This document shows positions 28,291-38,777 of a DNA stretch of 64,000 bases, piece after piece. Within the stretch, counting starts at the first letter, position 1. Each line of letters begins with the position of its first letter. The stretch is from Rhodoferax sp. (GTDB taxonomy: Bacteria; Pseudomonadota; Gammaproteobacteria; Burkholderiales; Burkholderiaceae_C). The position numbers and the translations under genes are program-made. A model generated the notes under the pieces. The model did no database searches. It was not told the DNA's origin and saw only the letters and a list, made by a program, of their open reading frames with translations. The stretch is taken from the NCBI RefSeq assembly GCF_034520025.1, contig NZ_JAXHNZ010000002.1, positions 1,722,460 to 1,786,459 of the forward strand, given 5' to 3'.

Positions 28291-29541
28291 TTACTTTGTA
28301 GCAGCGGCCTTAGCGATGTTCTTAACGCCGTCAGCAACGGAGATCTTGTCGTCGTTCCAGAACTGGGACACGGCATCCTTGATCGCGCCTTCAGCAGCGG
28401 GCTTGATAGCCATGCCGTGGGCCACGGAAGGAACCAGGCCACCGGATTTGGCGGTGTCCACGAAATCCTTGGCGGATGTCTTGGCGCAATCGTCAAACTT
28501 GTCCATCTTCATGTTCAAACGAACAGGAATAGAACCCTTGTTCAAGTTGAACACTTCCTGGAACTCGGTGCCCATGATGGAAGCAGCCAGATCAGCCTGT
28601 GCCTTTTGAGCGCCAGCGTCCTTGAGCTTGTACATAGCGAACGAGTCCACGTTGAAGGTGTATGCGTTAGCGGTGCCTGGAGCAGCAGCGCAGACGTAGT
28701 CCTTGCCGGGAACCTTGCCAGCAGCGGAGAACTCACCCTTGGCCCAGTCACCCATGAACTGGAATGCGGCCTTCTCTTGGATCACCATGGCAGTGGCTAG
28801 GTTCCAGTCGCGGCCAGGAGCGGCTGCGTCGGTGTAACCCTTGACCTTGCGGAATGTTTCCAGGACCTTAGTCATGGTGGCGCTGGTCAGAGCCTTTTCG
28901 TCGAGCTTGATCAACGCGTCGTTGTAGAACTTGACACCGCCCACGCCCAGAGCCACAGACTCAAAGGTGGTGAAGTCTTGCCAGTTCTGGCCACCGTGTG
29001 CAACGGGGATCAGGCCAGCCTTCTTGACTTTTTCAGCAGCAGCAAAGAAGTCGTCCCATGTCTTGGGAGTGGAGGTCACGCCGGCCTTTTTCAGCACAGC
29101 AGAGTTAGCCCACATCCAGTTCACGCGGTGCACGTTCACGGGAGCAGCAACGTAGTTGCCCTTGTACTTCATGACGTCTGCAACCACCTTGGGCAGCAGG
29201 TCGTCCCACTTTTCGGCCTTGGCAGTTGCGTCGAGGTTAGCCAACACGCCTTCAGATGCCCACTCCTGGATGGCTGGACCCTTGATCTGGGCAGCTGCAG
29301 GTGGGTTGCCGCTCACGACACGGCTCTTCAGCACGGTAGCAGCGTTGTCACCGCCGCCGCCAGCCACTGCGAAGTCTTTCCATGTGTGGCCCTTGCCTTG
29401 CATGATCTTCTTCAGTTCAGCCACAGACTTGGCTTCGCCGCCGGATGTCCAGTAGTGCAGGACTTCCACTTCACCAGCCACAGCGGCCGAACCAGCAACC
29501 ACGAGTGCCACTGCGGTGGCGAGTTTAGAAAGCTTCAACAT
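28291..29541 (-). CDS. Sugar ABC substrate-binding protein, first paralogue (GtsA-like, glucose type)
   Basis: Signal peptide, EVEVLHYWTSGGEAKS, AVAGGGG, PVNVHRVNWMW, FMGDWAKGEF; highly biased codons. Confidence 0.95.
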   Translation of the reverse strand: MLKLSKLATAVALVVAGSAAVAGEVEVLHYWTSGGEAKSVAELKKIMQGKGHTWKDFAVAGGGGDNAATVLKSRVVSGNPPAAAQIKGPAIQEWASEGVLANLDATAKAEKWDDLLPKVVADVMKYKGNYVAAPVNVHRVNWMWANSAVLKKAGVTSTPKTWDDFFAAAEKVKKAGLIPVAHGGQNWQDFTTFESVALGVGGVKFYNDALIKLDEKALTSATMTKVLETFRKVKGYTDAAAPGRDWNLATAMVIQEKAAFQFMGDWAKGEFSAAGKVPGKDYVCAAAPGTANAYTFNVDSFAMYKLKDAGAQKAQADLAASIMGTEFQEVFNLNKGSIPVRLNMKMDKFDDCAKTSAKDFVDTAKSGGLVPSVAHGMAIKPAAEGAIKDAVSQFWNDDKISVADGVKNIAKAAATK

Positions 29542-29599
29542 CTTGTCTCCAAATAAAGTTTGTCTGTCCGGCCCCGTGTACCCAGGACCGAAAGCAACG

Positions 29600-29654
29600 T
29601 TGAATTCAATTGGACACCATGTCCACTTGAATTAATTAATTTTTAATTAATTTT
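29600..29654. promoter_or_regulatory. AT-rich operator-like palindromes upstream of the sugar ABC operon
   Basis: TTGAATTCAA, TGGAC-N5-GTCCA, TTAATTA-N5-TAATTAA (29632-29650), and an 11-bp direct repeat TAATTAATTTT x2. Confidence 0.55.
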
Positions 29655-29715
29655 TAACGCCAAACTACTAGGAGTTTCCCTAACTCACCCTAGATCACGC
29701 AGAGTGATTTAAGAA

Positions 29716-30696
29716 TCAGGCCACTACCAGCGCCAAAGCAGCGTAATCACCAACCTTGTCGCCCAATCCGGCCGGAACTACCTGCACACCGTTGGTCAGT
29801 GCGGGGAGCTTGCCCTGCAATGACGCTTGCAGCTTCGGCAACAAGAACTCGCGGTTGTGCCAGAACACGCTACCGCCCACGCTAATGCGCTCCAGATCAA
29901 GCGTGACCACCATGTTGTAGAGGGTGCGGCCCATCACATCGCACAGGTCATCCACTATGGCTGTAGCCCCCGGATCACCTGCGCGAGCCGCTACAAAAAG
30001 AGTAGCAGCATCCGTAAAACCTTGGGCGGCGAAGCGACGCGGAATCGCATTACCCGCTACCAAACCCTCGACATCGCCCACATTGCCGCAACCGCAGAGC
30101 GCATCGGTGTTGGTGCTCACGAACGTGTGGCCGGCATGGCCGGCGTTGCCGTTCTTGCCGCGCAAGATACGACCATCCACGCACAAGCCCATCCCGATAC
30201 CGGTGCTCCACGTCACGTAGGCACAGTTGGCAACACCTTGCAAAGCGCCCCAGCGGCGCTCGGCCTCCAAGGCGCCCACGCCATCGTTTTCGACACGGAC
30301 ATTGGGGAAAGCGGCTTTGAGCGGCGCCTCCAGCAGCGCGGTAACCCAGTCATTGGGAAGGCCGCGGGCCTTGCCGGCCAAGCCGCCACAGATGTTGGGG
30401 CCTGCCAGCTCGACCATGCCGCCATTGATCACAAAAGGCCCGCAAGTGGCCACGCCCACGGCGGCAATGTCTGCCACCGCCACACCCGCCAAGGCGCAAC
30501 TCTCGCCCACCATGCGGATGATCTGGCGTGCCAGAGCGTCGTTGGAGCCTTCTTTGGCGGTGGGCTCAGAGACTTTGCCACGCACACCTGCGGCGTCGGC
30601 AATATTGACTGCCACCTTGGTGCCGCCGATGTCTACGCAGGCAACCGGCTTGCTGCCGGGTGCGATGTTCAGTTCAATGTCGTGGGTCAAAGCCAT
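29716..30696 (-). CDS. ROK family sugar kinase (no HTH)
   Basis: CVDIGGTK, VENDG, STGIGMG, GHAGH, CGCGNVGDVE, VGGSV, LGDKVGDYAA. Confidence 0.88.
   Translation of the reverse strand: MALTHDIELNIAPGSKPVACVDIGGTKVAVNIADAAGVRGKVSEPTAKEGSNDALARQIIRMVGESCALAGVAVADIAAVGVATCGPFVINGGMVELAGPNICGGLAGKARGLPNDWVTALLEAPLKAAFPNVRVENDGVGALEAERRWGALQGVANCAYVTWSTGIGMGLCVDGRILRGKNGNAGHAGHTFVSTNTDALCGCGNVGDVEGLVAGNAIPRRFAAQGFTDAATLFVAARAGDPGATAIVDDLCDVMGRTLYNMVVTLDLERISVGGSVFWHNREFLLPKLQASLQGKLPALTNGVQVVPAGLGDKVGDYAALALVVA
29949..30008 (-). repeat. 60-bp dispersed motif, copy 4 (inside the ROK gene, in frame)
   Basis: CTGCTACTCTTTTTGTAGCGGCTCGCGCAGGTGATCCGGGGGCTACAGCCATAGTGGATG; encodes AATLFVAARAGDPGATAIVD. 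Confidence 0.82.
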
Positions 30697-30743
30697 GCTG
30701 CACTCGCTCTCAAATCTTGAAAAAACAGGGGGGGGTCGGAAGT

Positions 30744-31112
30744 TCAATCGCGGCCGTAGTCATCTTGCAGGCGAACGATATCGTCTTCGCCCAAGTAACT
30801 GCCGAACTGTACTTCCACAATCTCTACCGGGCCGTTGGTCAGGTTCGCCAAGCGGTGCACTTGGCCGATCGCGATGTCGCAATACTCCCCCGGCTGCAGG
30901 TCAAACTGGCGGTCGTCCAGTGTGACTCGTGCAGTGCCAGTGGTCACTACCCAGTGCTCGGCGCGCTGGTGGTGCTTTTGCAAACTGAGCTGCTGCCCGG
31001 GGTGCACCCCGATGCGCTTGATCTTGTTGCCCGGCACCTCCGAGATAGTTTCGTACCAGCCCCAAGGGCGCTCGGTGCGCTCAATCGTCTCAGTTCGCAA
31101 GGTAGTCTGCAT
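30744..31112 (-). CDS. Stand-alone cupin, phosphomannose isomerase type II C-terminal-like
   Basis: ERPWGWY, LSLQKHHQRAEHWVV, VHRLAN, EVQFGSYLGEDDIVRLQDDYGR. Confidence 0.9.
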   Translation of the reverse strand: MQTTLRTETIERTERPWGWYETISEVPGNKIKRIGVHPGQQLSLQKHHQRAEHWVVTTGTARVTLDDRQFDLQPGEYCDIAIGQVHRLANLTNGPVEIVEVQFGSYLGEDDIVRLQDDYGRD

Positions 31113-31192
31113 GATTAAACAATCCTTAAAACGGCGCGCAGATACTACCCCGCATCCCCCCTGTAGGGTTACTGGCTTGTTACTGCGCGTTT

Positions 31193-32260
31193 TCAGGATG
31201 CGGGAAATACATGGGCTGTGCCACGTGCAGATACAGCCACGCGGGCACCGACGAGTGGGGCATCGAGGCCCGCGCTGTGCACATGCACCAGGGTGCCGCC
31301 GGCATCTTGGTCCAGCTGCACCGACAACTCACACACCGCGCCACAAAAATCCGACTCGACCACAGTGCCCGCACACACGGTGCCGGATCCGGCAGATGGC
31401 GGTGTGCTGGTTAAGGGGGTGACGTTGAGCTGCTCGGGGCGCAACAGTATTTGCCCGTCTCCGTGGCGCAAGGTGTCGCCGGTGGGAAGGCGGCCCAGCG
31501 CACACTCTGCCCACCCTTGTGACAAGCGCGCATTCAGCACTACGGCCTCGCCCAAAAAGCTGGCGGTGACTGGGTCTTTCGGCCGGAGATACACCTCCAG
31601 CGGAGCGCCCACTTGTGCGAGCTGGCCAGCCCGCATCACGGCCACTTGGTCGGCAAATGACAGCGCCTCGGCCTGGTCGTGGGTCACCAGAATGGTGGTG
31701 ATGCCTGCCGCTTGCAGCAGCTGCGCCACAGCCTTTCGGGTGGATGCACGCAAGCCGGTGTCCAAGGCTGAAAAGGGCTCGTCCAGCAGCATCAGCTTGG
31801 GCCGTTGCGCCAGTGCTCTGGCGAGTGCAACGCGTTGCTGCTGACCACCCGATAGCTCATGTGGGCGGCGCCGCAGCATCGCGCGGTCCAGTGACACCAT
31901 GTCCATCAACTCGTCAATGCGCGCCTGGCGATCCGGTGCCGATTTATCGAGCCCGAAGCCCACGTTGTCCGCCACGCTCAGGTGAGGAAACAAGGCGCCG
32001 TCTTGTGGCACATAGCCAATACCGCGACGGTGCGCAGGCACGATGGCCGGGCCATCGGCCAGCACCTCGCCTTGCAACACGACCCTGCCAGCGTCTGGCG
32101 CTTCGAAGCCGGCAATGATGCGCAACAAACTGGTTTTCCCGGAACCGGAGGGCCCCACGATGGCCGTGCGGCTGCCCCGGTGCACGCTCAGTTGTATGCC
32201 TTTGAGCGCGGCGACCGCGCCATACAATTTGTGCACGCCGTGCAGTTCAAGAGAAGTCAT
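31193..32260 (-). CDS. fbpC: Fe3+ ABC transporter ATP-binding protein
   Basis: [43 protein letters not shown]; operonic with the Fe permease and binding protein. Confidence 0.88.
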   Translation of the reverse strand: MTSLELHGVHKLYGAVAALKGIQLSVHRGSRTAIVGPSGSGKTSLLRIIAGFEAPDAGRVVLQGEVLADGPAIVPAHRRGIGYVPQDGALFPHLSVADNVGFGLDKSAPDRQARIDELMDMVSLDRAMLRRRPHELSGGQQQRVALARALAQRPKLMLLDEPFSALDTGLRASTRKAVAQLLQAAGITTILVTHDQAEALSFADQVAVMRAGQLAQVGAPLEVYLRPKDPVTASFLGEAVVLNARLSQGWAECALGRLPTGDTLRHGDGQILLRPEQLNVTPLTSTPPSAGSGTVCAGTVVESDFCGAVCELSVQLDQDAGGTLVHVHSAGLDAPLVGARVAVSARGTAHVFPAS

Positions 32261-33825
32261 CGTCCAGCAACACGTCGGGATTGGAGATACAGCAACCAGG
32301 TAAGGGGCAGCGACAAGAGCACCATCAGGAGGGCATAAGGTGCCGCGCCCGCGTAGTCGATCTCGGAGCTATGGGCCCAAAAGGCGGTTGCCAATGTTTG
32401 TGTGCCGTTGGGCGCGAGCAGCAGTGTCGCGGTCAGCTCGGTAGTGATGGCCAAGAACACCATGGCATAGCCGGAAGCCGCACCCGGAGCCGCTAGTCGC
32501 ATAGTGATCTGCCACATGGCCTGCAGCGGTGAGCGGCCCAGGCTGCGGGCCGCCTGCTCCAGCTCCTTGGGCGCCTGGGCAATGCCGGCACGCAGGCTGA
32601 CCAGCGCACGGGGCAGAAACATCAGGGCATAAGCCAGCATGACCGTGAACACCGTTTGGTACAAAGGCCGCGCCACCCGCACCGTGATGGTGACCAGCGC
32701 CAAAGCCACCACAATGCCCGGCAGAGCACCGGCCAGGTAATTGGCCCCCTCCACCCAGCGTTGCAATTTGCCGGGCGCACGGATCGACAGCCACGCCATG
32801 GGAACCGCAGCCACGGTAGTCAGGGCTGCGCCCAGTCCTGCCAGCAACAAGGTTTGCCACACCGCGGGGAGTAGTTCAGGCAGATTCCACACCGCAGCGC
32901 CACCGGCCCACAGCCAACGGCTCAAAGTCACCATGGGCACCCCCAGGGACAGCAGCGCCGTCACCACGGGCAAGAGCAGGCATAGCAACGACCAGCGCCC
33001 GAGTGCTTGCACCGGCACCTGCCGGGCGGAGCCGGAGCCGACCCGCGCATAGCGCTCGCGGCCACGGGTGCCGGCCTCCAGGCCCAAAAGCCCGAAACAG
33101 CAAATCACCAGCACACCGGCCAGCATGTTGGCGGCGGGGCCGTTGTAGGTGCTTTGAAACTGGTCCACGATAGCCGTGGTGAAAGTGTCAAACCGGATGG
33201 TGACAAACAAGCCATATTCGGCCAGCAAGTGCAGACCGACCAGCAAAGCCCCACCCCAGATTGCCAGGCGCATCTGCGGCAGAACCACACGCACAAACAC
33301 CGCCCACGGGCTCAGGCCCAGGGACGCGGCAGCATCCTCCATGGCCGGGTCCAAGCGGCGCAATGCAGCCGCAATCGGCAAATACACAAACGGAAAATAC
33401 GCCGCCACTGAAATCAAAACCGCCGCCCACAGGCCATGCATGCCGGGGGCGACGCTGATCCATGCATAGCTGTGCACAAAGGCCGGCACAGCCAGGGGCG
33501 CTGCGGCAATCCACGACCACCAGCGTGCGCCGGGCAGGTCGGATCGCTCGGTCAACCACGCCAGGGCCAGCGATAGCACGATGCACACAGGCACCGTCAA
33601 CACCACCAGCGCTGTGGTGTTGAGCAACAGCTCACTAACACGGGGCCGGAAGACCAGGGCAGCCACTACATCCCAGCCACTTTGAACGCCGACCCAGACG
33701 ACAAATGCCAAAGGCAGCAACGCCAATGCCGACACCAGCAAAGCCGCGCCCGCTACCCACGAAAAACGCCCCCGGCGCGCCCTGCGAGCCGGGGGCGCAT
33801 TGACATGCACCGCAAGAGTAGTCAC
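32257..33825 (-). CDS. fbpB: Fe3+ ABC transporter permease (two repeats)
   Basis: Two EAA loops ([16 protein letters not shown]), [13 protein letters not shown]. Confidence 0.9.
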   Translation of the reverse strand: MTTLAVHVNAPPARRARRGRFSWVAGAALLVSALALLPLAFVVWVGVQSGWDVVAALVFRPRVSELLLNTTALVVLTVPVCIVLSLALAWLTERSDLPGARWWSWIAAAPLAVPAFVHSYAWISVAPGMHGLWAAVLISVAAYFPFVYLPIAAALRRLDPAMEDAAASLGLSPWAVFVRVVLPQMRLAIWGGALLVGLHLLAEYGLFVTIRFDTFTTAIVDQFQSTYNGPAANMLAGVLVICCFGLLGLEAGTRGRERYARVGSGSARQVPVQALGRWSLLCLLLPVVTALLSLGVPMVTLSRWLWAGGAAVWNLPELLPAVWQTLLLAGLGAALTTVAAVPMAWLSIRAPGKLQRWVEGANYLAGALPGIVVALALVTITVRVARPLYQTVFTVMLAYALMFLPRALVSLRAGIAQAPKELEQAARSLGRSPLQAMWQITMRLAAPGAASGYAMVFLAITTELTATLLLAPNGTQTLATAFWAHSSEIDYAGAAPYALLMVLLSLPLTWLLYLQSRRVAGR

Positions 33826-33833
33826 AACAAGGC

Positions 33834-34862
33834 TTACAGCAAACCGGCTTGTGTCATCAGGTCGGACACTTTCCGACTATTGAGCTTGGCCGGCTCGACT
33901 TTGGGGGCCTGCAAGTCAGCCAGCGGCACGAGGCTGCGATGCGAAGCCGCACCTTGGCCCACCGCGTATTCATACGAAGAGCCGGTTCGCAAAATCTCTT
34001 GGCCGCCCTTCCCGGTGATCCACTTCACGAAAGCCTGAGCCTCTGCCTTGCGCTTGCTGGAGGCCAGCACGCCACCACCGGAAATGCTGACGAAGGCGCC
34101 CGGATCTTCGTTGCGGAAGTAGTGCAGGCCCACTTTTTCGCTGTTCTCGCCGGTCTTGGCCATGTCGCCGTAGTAGTAGTAGTGGTAAATGACCGCGCCA
34201 TCCACCTGGCCCGCATTCACTGCCTTCATGGCAATGCTGTTGCCCTTGAATGGAACCACGTTCTCTTTCATGCTCTTGAGCCAGGCCAAGGTGGCAGCCT
34301 CTCCCTTGAGCTCCAGCATGGCACTCACAATGGCCTGAAAGTCCGCACCAGCCTGAGCGGCAGCCCAGCGGCCTTTCCACTCGGGCTTCGCAAGATCCAT
34401 GATGGATTTGGGCAACTGGTCTTTGCTGAATTTGGTTTTGCGGTACACAAACACGGTGCTGCGCGCGGCAATACCAACCCAGCGGCCATGGGCTGTGCGG
34501 AAGTTGGGTGCCACTTGGCTGATGGAAGCGGGGTCGAGCGGAGCAAACAAGCCTGCGCCATCCACCAGCGCCATCGCAGGGGAGTTTTCCGTCAAAAACA
34601 CATCGGCAGGGGATGAGCCGCCCTCTTGCACCAACTGGTTGCCCAGCTCGGTGTCACCGCCCTGGCGCAGGGTCACCTTGATACCGGTTTCCTTGGTAAA
34701 GCCCTCGACCCATGCCTGTGTCAGGCTGGCATGCTGGGCGTTGTACACCACGATGCCCTCCGCAGAAGGCGTAACCGATTGCGCTTGCACCCATGCAGCG
34801 CTGCCTATAGCTGCGCCCAATACGGCGAGCCGGAAAAAGGAAGTCAAAAATGTGCGTTTCAT
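33834..34862 (-). CDS. fbpA: Fe3+ ABC transporter substrate-binding protein
   Basis: [21 protein letters not shown] iron-ligand tyrosines, SSYEY. Confidence 0.9.
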   Translation of the reverse strand: MKRTFLTSFFRLAVLGAAIGSAAWVQAQSVTPSAEGIVVYNAQHASLTQAWVEGFTKETGIKVTLRQGGDTELGNQLVQEGGSSPADVFLTENSPAMALVDGAGLFAPLDPASISQVAPNFRTAHGRWVGIAARSTVFVYRKTKFSKDQLPKSIMDLAKPEWKGRWAAAQAGADFQAIVSAMLELKGEAATLAWLKSMKENVVPFKGNSIAMKAVNAGQVDGAVIYHYYYYGDMAKTGENSEKVGLHYFRNEDPGAFVSISGGGVLASSKRKAEAQAFVKWITGKGGQEILRTGSSYEYAVGQGAASHRSLVPLADLQAPKVEPAKLNSRKVSDLMTQAGLL

Positions 34863-34912
34863 GAAGCGGGCTCTTGAATCTATGGCGACTGCAATATACA
34901 GACGCCGTCACG

Positions 34913-34931
34913 AATAAAAATAATTCGCATT
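34913..34931 (-). promoter_or_regulatory. Fur box upstream of fbpA
   Basis: Minus strand AATGCGAAT-T-ATTTTTATT matches AATGAGAAT-N-ATTCTCATT at 15/18 positions, about 50 bp upstream of an iron ABC operon. Confidence 0.75.
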
Positions 34932-34972
34932 TAGATTGTAGCCTCAACCACTGGGGTTTGTACTGATGCAGA

Positions 34973-36094
34973 TCAAAGCCGGTGGGTCCGGTCGCCACGG
35001 GCAAAGCCCAGCAAGGGCGTGTCCACCCCCCGCCCGATGGCAATCACCTTGAAAAGCTCGCCCATTTCGTGCTCCATGAGCAACTTGCTGGCCGCCACAC
35101 GGGCTGCCAAATCTTGAGACTGCATGGCCTCGACCATGCCGCAGTTGATCAAGAAGTGCGCTTGGTTGGTGTAGCCCAGCACGTCCATGCCTGCGTCTTG
35201 CGCGGCTACGGCGGTGCCGGTGAAGTTCACATGCGCGGTAATGTCTTTGAGGCCCACACGGTCCAGCGGATTGGCGTCAGCTTGGTGCGCTTGGTGGCAC
35301 ATCACCGTGCCGCCGGAGCGTTGCACATGGTAGTACTCACTCTCCGGAAAACCGTAATCCAGCAACAAGGCCGCGCCCAGCTGCAAGCGATCTGCCAGGG
35401 TGCGCACAAACGCGTCGCCTTGGGCGTGGATCTCGGTCAGGTAGTCGTGCTCGCCATCCACCTCCAGCGGGGGGCGCAGATCGGTCAAGCGGTCTGCCCA
35501 GACCAAGCCGTCACCAGAGAGCGCCACACCGCGCTCGTGCCACACGCCGGCCACCCGCGCCAGAAGCTGAACCGGCATCGCATCCAGCACCTCGTTGCCC
35601 ACCACCACTCCTCGCATGGTGGCCGGCAGTTCGCTCACCCATTGCACCTTGTCGGCGTGTCGGGCCAAGCGCTCACGCTGGCGGGCTTTGAGGGAGTCTG
35701 AGAGATCCACAATCGTGTACCGGCGCACTCGGTCGCCCAGTGCATCAAGCAACTGCCCCGCGAGCGCACCGGTGCCGGCGCCGAATTCCCACACCTCGTC
35801 TGTCCCGGTGGTCTCCAGTATTTGAGCCACTTGGCGAGCCAGTGCCTGACCGAACAGCGGGCTGATTTCAGGGGCCGTGACAAAGTCACTACCCGCGCCC
35901 TGCACGCCCTCTGCGGTGCTCACGCCTTGGGGCATTTGGCCGAACTTGGTCGAGCCATTGGTGTAGTAGCCCAGCCCCGGCGCATACAAAGCCATGGCCA
36001 TGAATGTGTCAAATCCCAACCATCCACCGGCTTTCTCGATGGCATCCGCGATAATTCGGGTCAGGTTGGCCGGAATGTTTTCCGTCGTGGACAT
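34973..36094 (-). CDS. SAM-dependent methyltransferase, MidA/NDUFAF7 family
   Basis: FMAMALY.PGLGYY, DFVTAPEIS, EFGAGTG, NEVLDAMP, LDYG, DITAHVNF, EMGELFKV. Confidence 0.92.
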   Translation of the reverse strand: MSTTENIPANLTRIIADAIEKAGGWLGFDTFMAMALYAPGLGYYTNGSTKFGQMPQGVSTAEGVQGAGSDFVTAPEISPLFGQALARQVAQILETTGTDEVWEFGAGTGALAGQLLDALGDRVRRYTIVDLSDSLKARQRERLARHADKVQWVSELPATMRGVVVGNEVLDAMPVQLLARVAGVWHERGVALSGDGLVWADRLTDLRPPLEVDGEHDYLTEIHAQGDAFVRTLADRLQLGAALLLDYGFPESEYYHVQRSGGTVMCHQAHQADANPLDRVGLKDITAHVNFTGTAVAAQDAGMDVLGYTNQAHFLINCGMVEAMQSQDLAARVAASKLLMEHEMGELFKVIAIGRGVDTPLLGFARGDRTHRL

Positions 36095-36169
36095 AGATGT
36101 TTGTTTTATGTTGCGTAAAGCCAAGGATTATCTTTCCCCCTCGCCCCACTCCCATTTCAGGAATCATTT

Positions 36170-36958
36170 GTGTTGAAGCGCGTACTTGTTACCGGCGGCG
36201 CCCACCGTTTGGGCGCCTTGATTTGCACCCGCTTTGCGGCTGCGGGTTGGGAGGTCTGGTGCCATTACCAACGCAGTGCGGACGCTGCACTCGCGCTCTG
36301 CGCACAACTGCGGACCCAAGGGCATGAGGCACATGCGATCTACGCCAACCTGGCCGACGAGACCAGCCGCAGGGATTTGATTGCCGAGATTGCTGTCAAA
36401 TCAGGTCCCCTACACTGTCTGGTCAACAACGCCAGCAGTTTTGAGCCCGATGCTGGCGACGCGATCGACACCGAGGGCGCACGCCAACAACTCGAAGTGA
36501 ACCTGATGGCGCCGCTGTCGCTGTCACGCTGGATGGCCAACAGCCTCGACCCTGACGCATTGGCGGGCGGGCACAGTGTGATTCACGTGTTGGACCAAAA
36601 AGTGTTCAACCTGAATCCGGATTATTTTTCATACACCGTCAGCAAACTCGCACTCGAGCGGGCGGTCGCCCTGCAGGCACAGGCGCTCGCACCTGCGGTG
36701 CGGGTATGCGGTGTGGCCCCGGGTCTGATGTTTCTGAGTGGCCCCCAATCGCAAGAAAACTTCGACAAAGCCGCCCGGGTAAATTTGCTGCGCGAGCCGA
36801 TTGACCCCGGCCAAGTGGCCGCCACCTGCCTGTTTCTTGCAGAGAACCCTTGCATCACCGGCACCACCTTGTGCGTGGACAACGGCCAACACCTGGTGCC
36901 ACTGGCCCGCGACGTGATGTTTGCGGTTGACGCCCAACCTGAGACTACACGCCCATGA
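36170..36958 (+). CDS. SDR oxidoreductase, pteridine reductase/FolM-like
   Basis: VLVTGGAHRLG, LVNNAS.F, YxxxK (YTVSK), VAPG, ITGTTLCVDNGQHL. Confidence 0.8.
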   Translation: MLKRVLVTGGAHRLGALICTRFAAAGWEVWCHYQRSADAALALCAQLRTQGHEAHAIYANLADETSRRDLIAEIAVKSGPLHCLVNNASSFEPDAGDAIDTEGARQQLEVNLMAPLSLSRWMANSLDPDALAGGHSVIHVLDQKVFNLNPDYFSYTVSKLALERAVALQAQALAPAVRVCGVAPGLMFLSGPQSQENFDKAARVNLLREPIDPGQVAATCLFLAENPCITGTTLCVDNGQHLVPLARDVMFAVDAQPETTRP

Positions 36959-37356
36959 GCCATGACCCGTTCGTCACCCTGGCGCTGGAATGCCGCCGCC
37001 TTTTTTTAAAGGACCATGTGGTGCAGGTGCGCATCGGTGCGCACGACTTTGAAAAAGGGGTCACCCAGCGGCTGATTTTCAATGTGGAGCTGTTCGTGCC
37101 TTTTGAGGGCAGCACACCCACCTCCGACAGCCTCTCTGAGGTAGTGGACTACGACTTTGTGCGGCAGCTGATTGCCAGCCGCGTGGCGCGAGGCCATGTC
37201 GAACTGCAAGAAACCTTGTGCGATGAGCTCGTACAGCAGATGCTGGCGCACCCGCAAGTGCGCGCCGTGCGCCTGTCCACCCAAAAACCTGACGTGTACC
37301 CCGACTGTGCGGGGGTAGGCGTTGAAGTATTCCGAATGAAAGGCGCCAATGCGTGA
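36955..37356 (+). CDS. folB: Dihydroneopterin aldolase family protein 1
   Basis: IGAHDFEK..QRL..NVEL, VVDYD, LQETL, STQKPDVYPD. Confidence 0.85.
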   Translation: MSHDPFVTLALECRRLFLKDHVVQVRIGAHDFEKGVTQRLIFNVELFVPFEGSTPTSDSLSEVVDYDFVRQLIASRVARGHVELQETLCDELVQQMLAHPQVRAVRLSTQKPDVYPDCAGVGVEVFRMKGANA

Positions 37357-37735
37357 TGAGAGCATGAAGGCCGGCACCGGTCACCAAACTTTGACCCTCA
37401 CGGGCCTGCGGTTTGACGCCAACTTGGGCATTCTGGAATCAGAAAAGCTCGCGCCACAACCCATTCAAGTGGACGCCGAGCTGAGTCTGGGCACCCAACC
37501 CCTGTTACCGCATGACGATGACATCAACCATGTGCTGGACTACCGCAAGGTGCGCCAAATCATCATCACGGAGTGCACAGCAGAGCATGTGAACCTGCTG
37601 GAAACGCTGATCGGCAAACTGGCCCACCGATTGATGCAATTGCCCGGCGTGCTGGGCGTGCGGGTCAAGATCGCCAAACTGGAAATTTTTGAAGACTGTG
37701 AAGTTGCCATCCGCATGGAAACCGGGCAGTGGTAA
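37349..37735 (+). CDS. folB: Dihydroneopterin aldolase family protein 2
   Basis: [36 protein letters not shown]. Confidence 0.85.
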   Translation: MRDESMKAGTGHQTLTLTGLRFDANLGILESEKLAPQPIQVDAELSLGTQPLLPHDDDINHVLDYRKVRQIIITECTAEHVNLLETLIGKLAHRLMQLPGVLGVRVKIAKLEIFEDCEVAIRMETGQW

Positions 37736-37778
37736 GCCACCCCGCCGCGCGAACACTGCAACAAGGAAAGAGAACACT

Positions 37779-38744
37779 ATGAACGCCACATGGGTTGAAG
37801 AAGACACCATCGCCGACGCGGAGGCTGCAGAAGCCACCGCCAACCGCAACAAAGAACTCAAGATCGAGCGCGAAACCCACAAGCTCGAGAAGCGCCTGTG
37901 CCGCCAAGTCGGCCAAGCCATCATCGACTTCAACATGATCGAAGAAGGCGACCGCGTCATGGTCTGCATGTCGGGCGGCAAAGACAGCTACGGCATGCTC
38001 GATATCCTGCTCAAGATGCAGCAGCGCGCACCGATCAACTTCGAGATCGTGGCGGTCAACCTCGACCAGAAGCAACCCGGCTTTCCTGAACACATCCTGC
38101 CCGAGTACCTGGCCAAGCTGGGCGTGGAGTTCCACATCGAGACGCAGGACACCTACTCTATCGTCAAGCGCAATATCCCAGAAGGCAAGACCATGTGCAG
38201 CCTGTGCAGCCGTCTGCGCCGGGGCATTTTGTACAACGTGGCACGCAAGCTCAAATGCAACAAGCTCGCACTCGGCCACCACCGCGACGACATGTTGCAA
38301 ACCTTCTTCCTGAACATGTTCTTCGGTGGCAAGCTCAAGGGCATGCCCCCCAAGCTGACCAGCGACAACGGCGAATTCGTAGTGATCCGCCCGCTGGCTT
38401 ATGTGGCCGAGAAAGACCTGATCCGCTGGGCGGCGCATCGCGAGTTCCCCATCATCCCGTGCTCGCTGTGTGGCAGCCAGACCAACCTGCAACGGGTGCA
38501 AATCGGCAACATGCTGCGCGACTGGGAAAAACAATACCCCGGCCGCGCCGAAACCATGTTCACCGCGCTGCAAAACGTGGTTCCATCACACCTGATGGAC
38601 CACACCAAGCACGACTTCAAGAACATCCGCCCTACCGGCATTGCCGACGAGAATGGTGACAAGGCTTTTGACGCCGAAGACCTACCCGCCCCCACCTTGC
38701 CCGGCTTGGCGGGCTTGCCCGGAATGCAAGTGGTCAACCTGTAA
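37779..38744 (+). CDS. ttcA: tRNA 2-thiocytidine(32) synthetase
   Basis: SGGKDS PP-loop, [24 protein letters not shown]. Confidence 0.97.
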   Translation: MNATWVEEDTIADAEAAEATANRNKELKIERETHKLEKRLCRQVGQAIIDFNMIEEGDRVMVCMSGGKDSYGMLDILLKMQQRAPINFEIVAVNLDQKQPGFPEHILPEYLAKLGVEFHIETQDTYSIVKRNIPEGKTMCSLCSRLRRGILYNVARKLKCNKLALGHHRDDMLQTFFLNMFFGGKLKGMPPKLTSDNGEFVVIRPLAYVAEKDLIRWAAHREFPIIPCSLCGSQTNLQRVQIGNMLRDWEKQYPGRAETMFTALQNVVPSHLMDHTKHDFKNIRPTGIADENGDKAFDAEDLPAPTLPGLAGLPGMQVVNL

Positions 38745-38777
38745 GCCACGGCCACAAGCCCCACTGGGAGACTGCTG

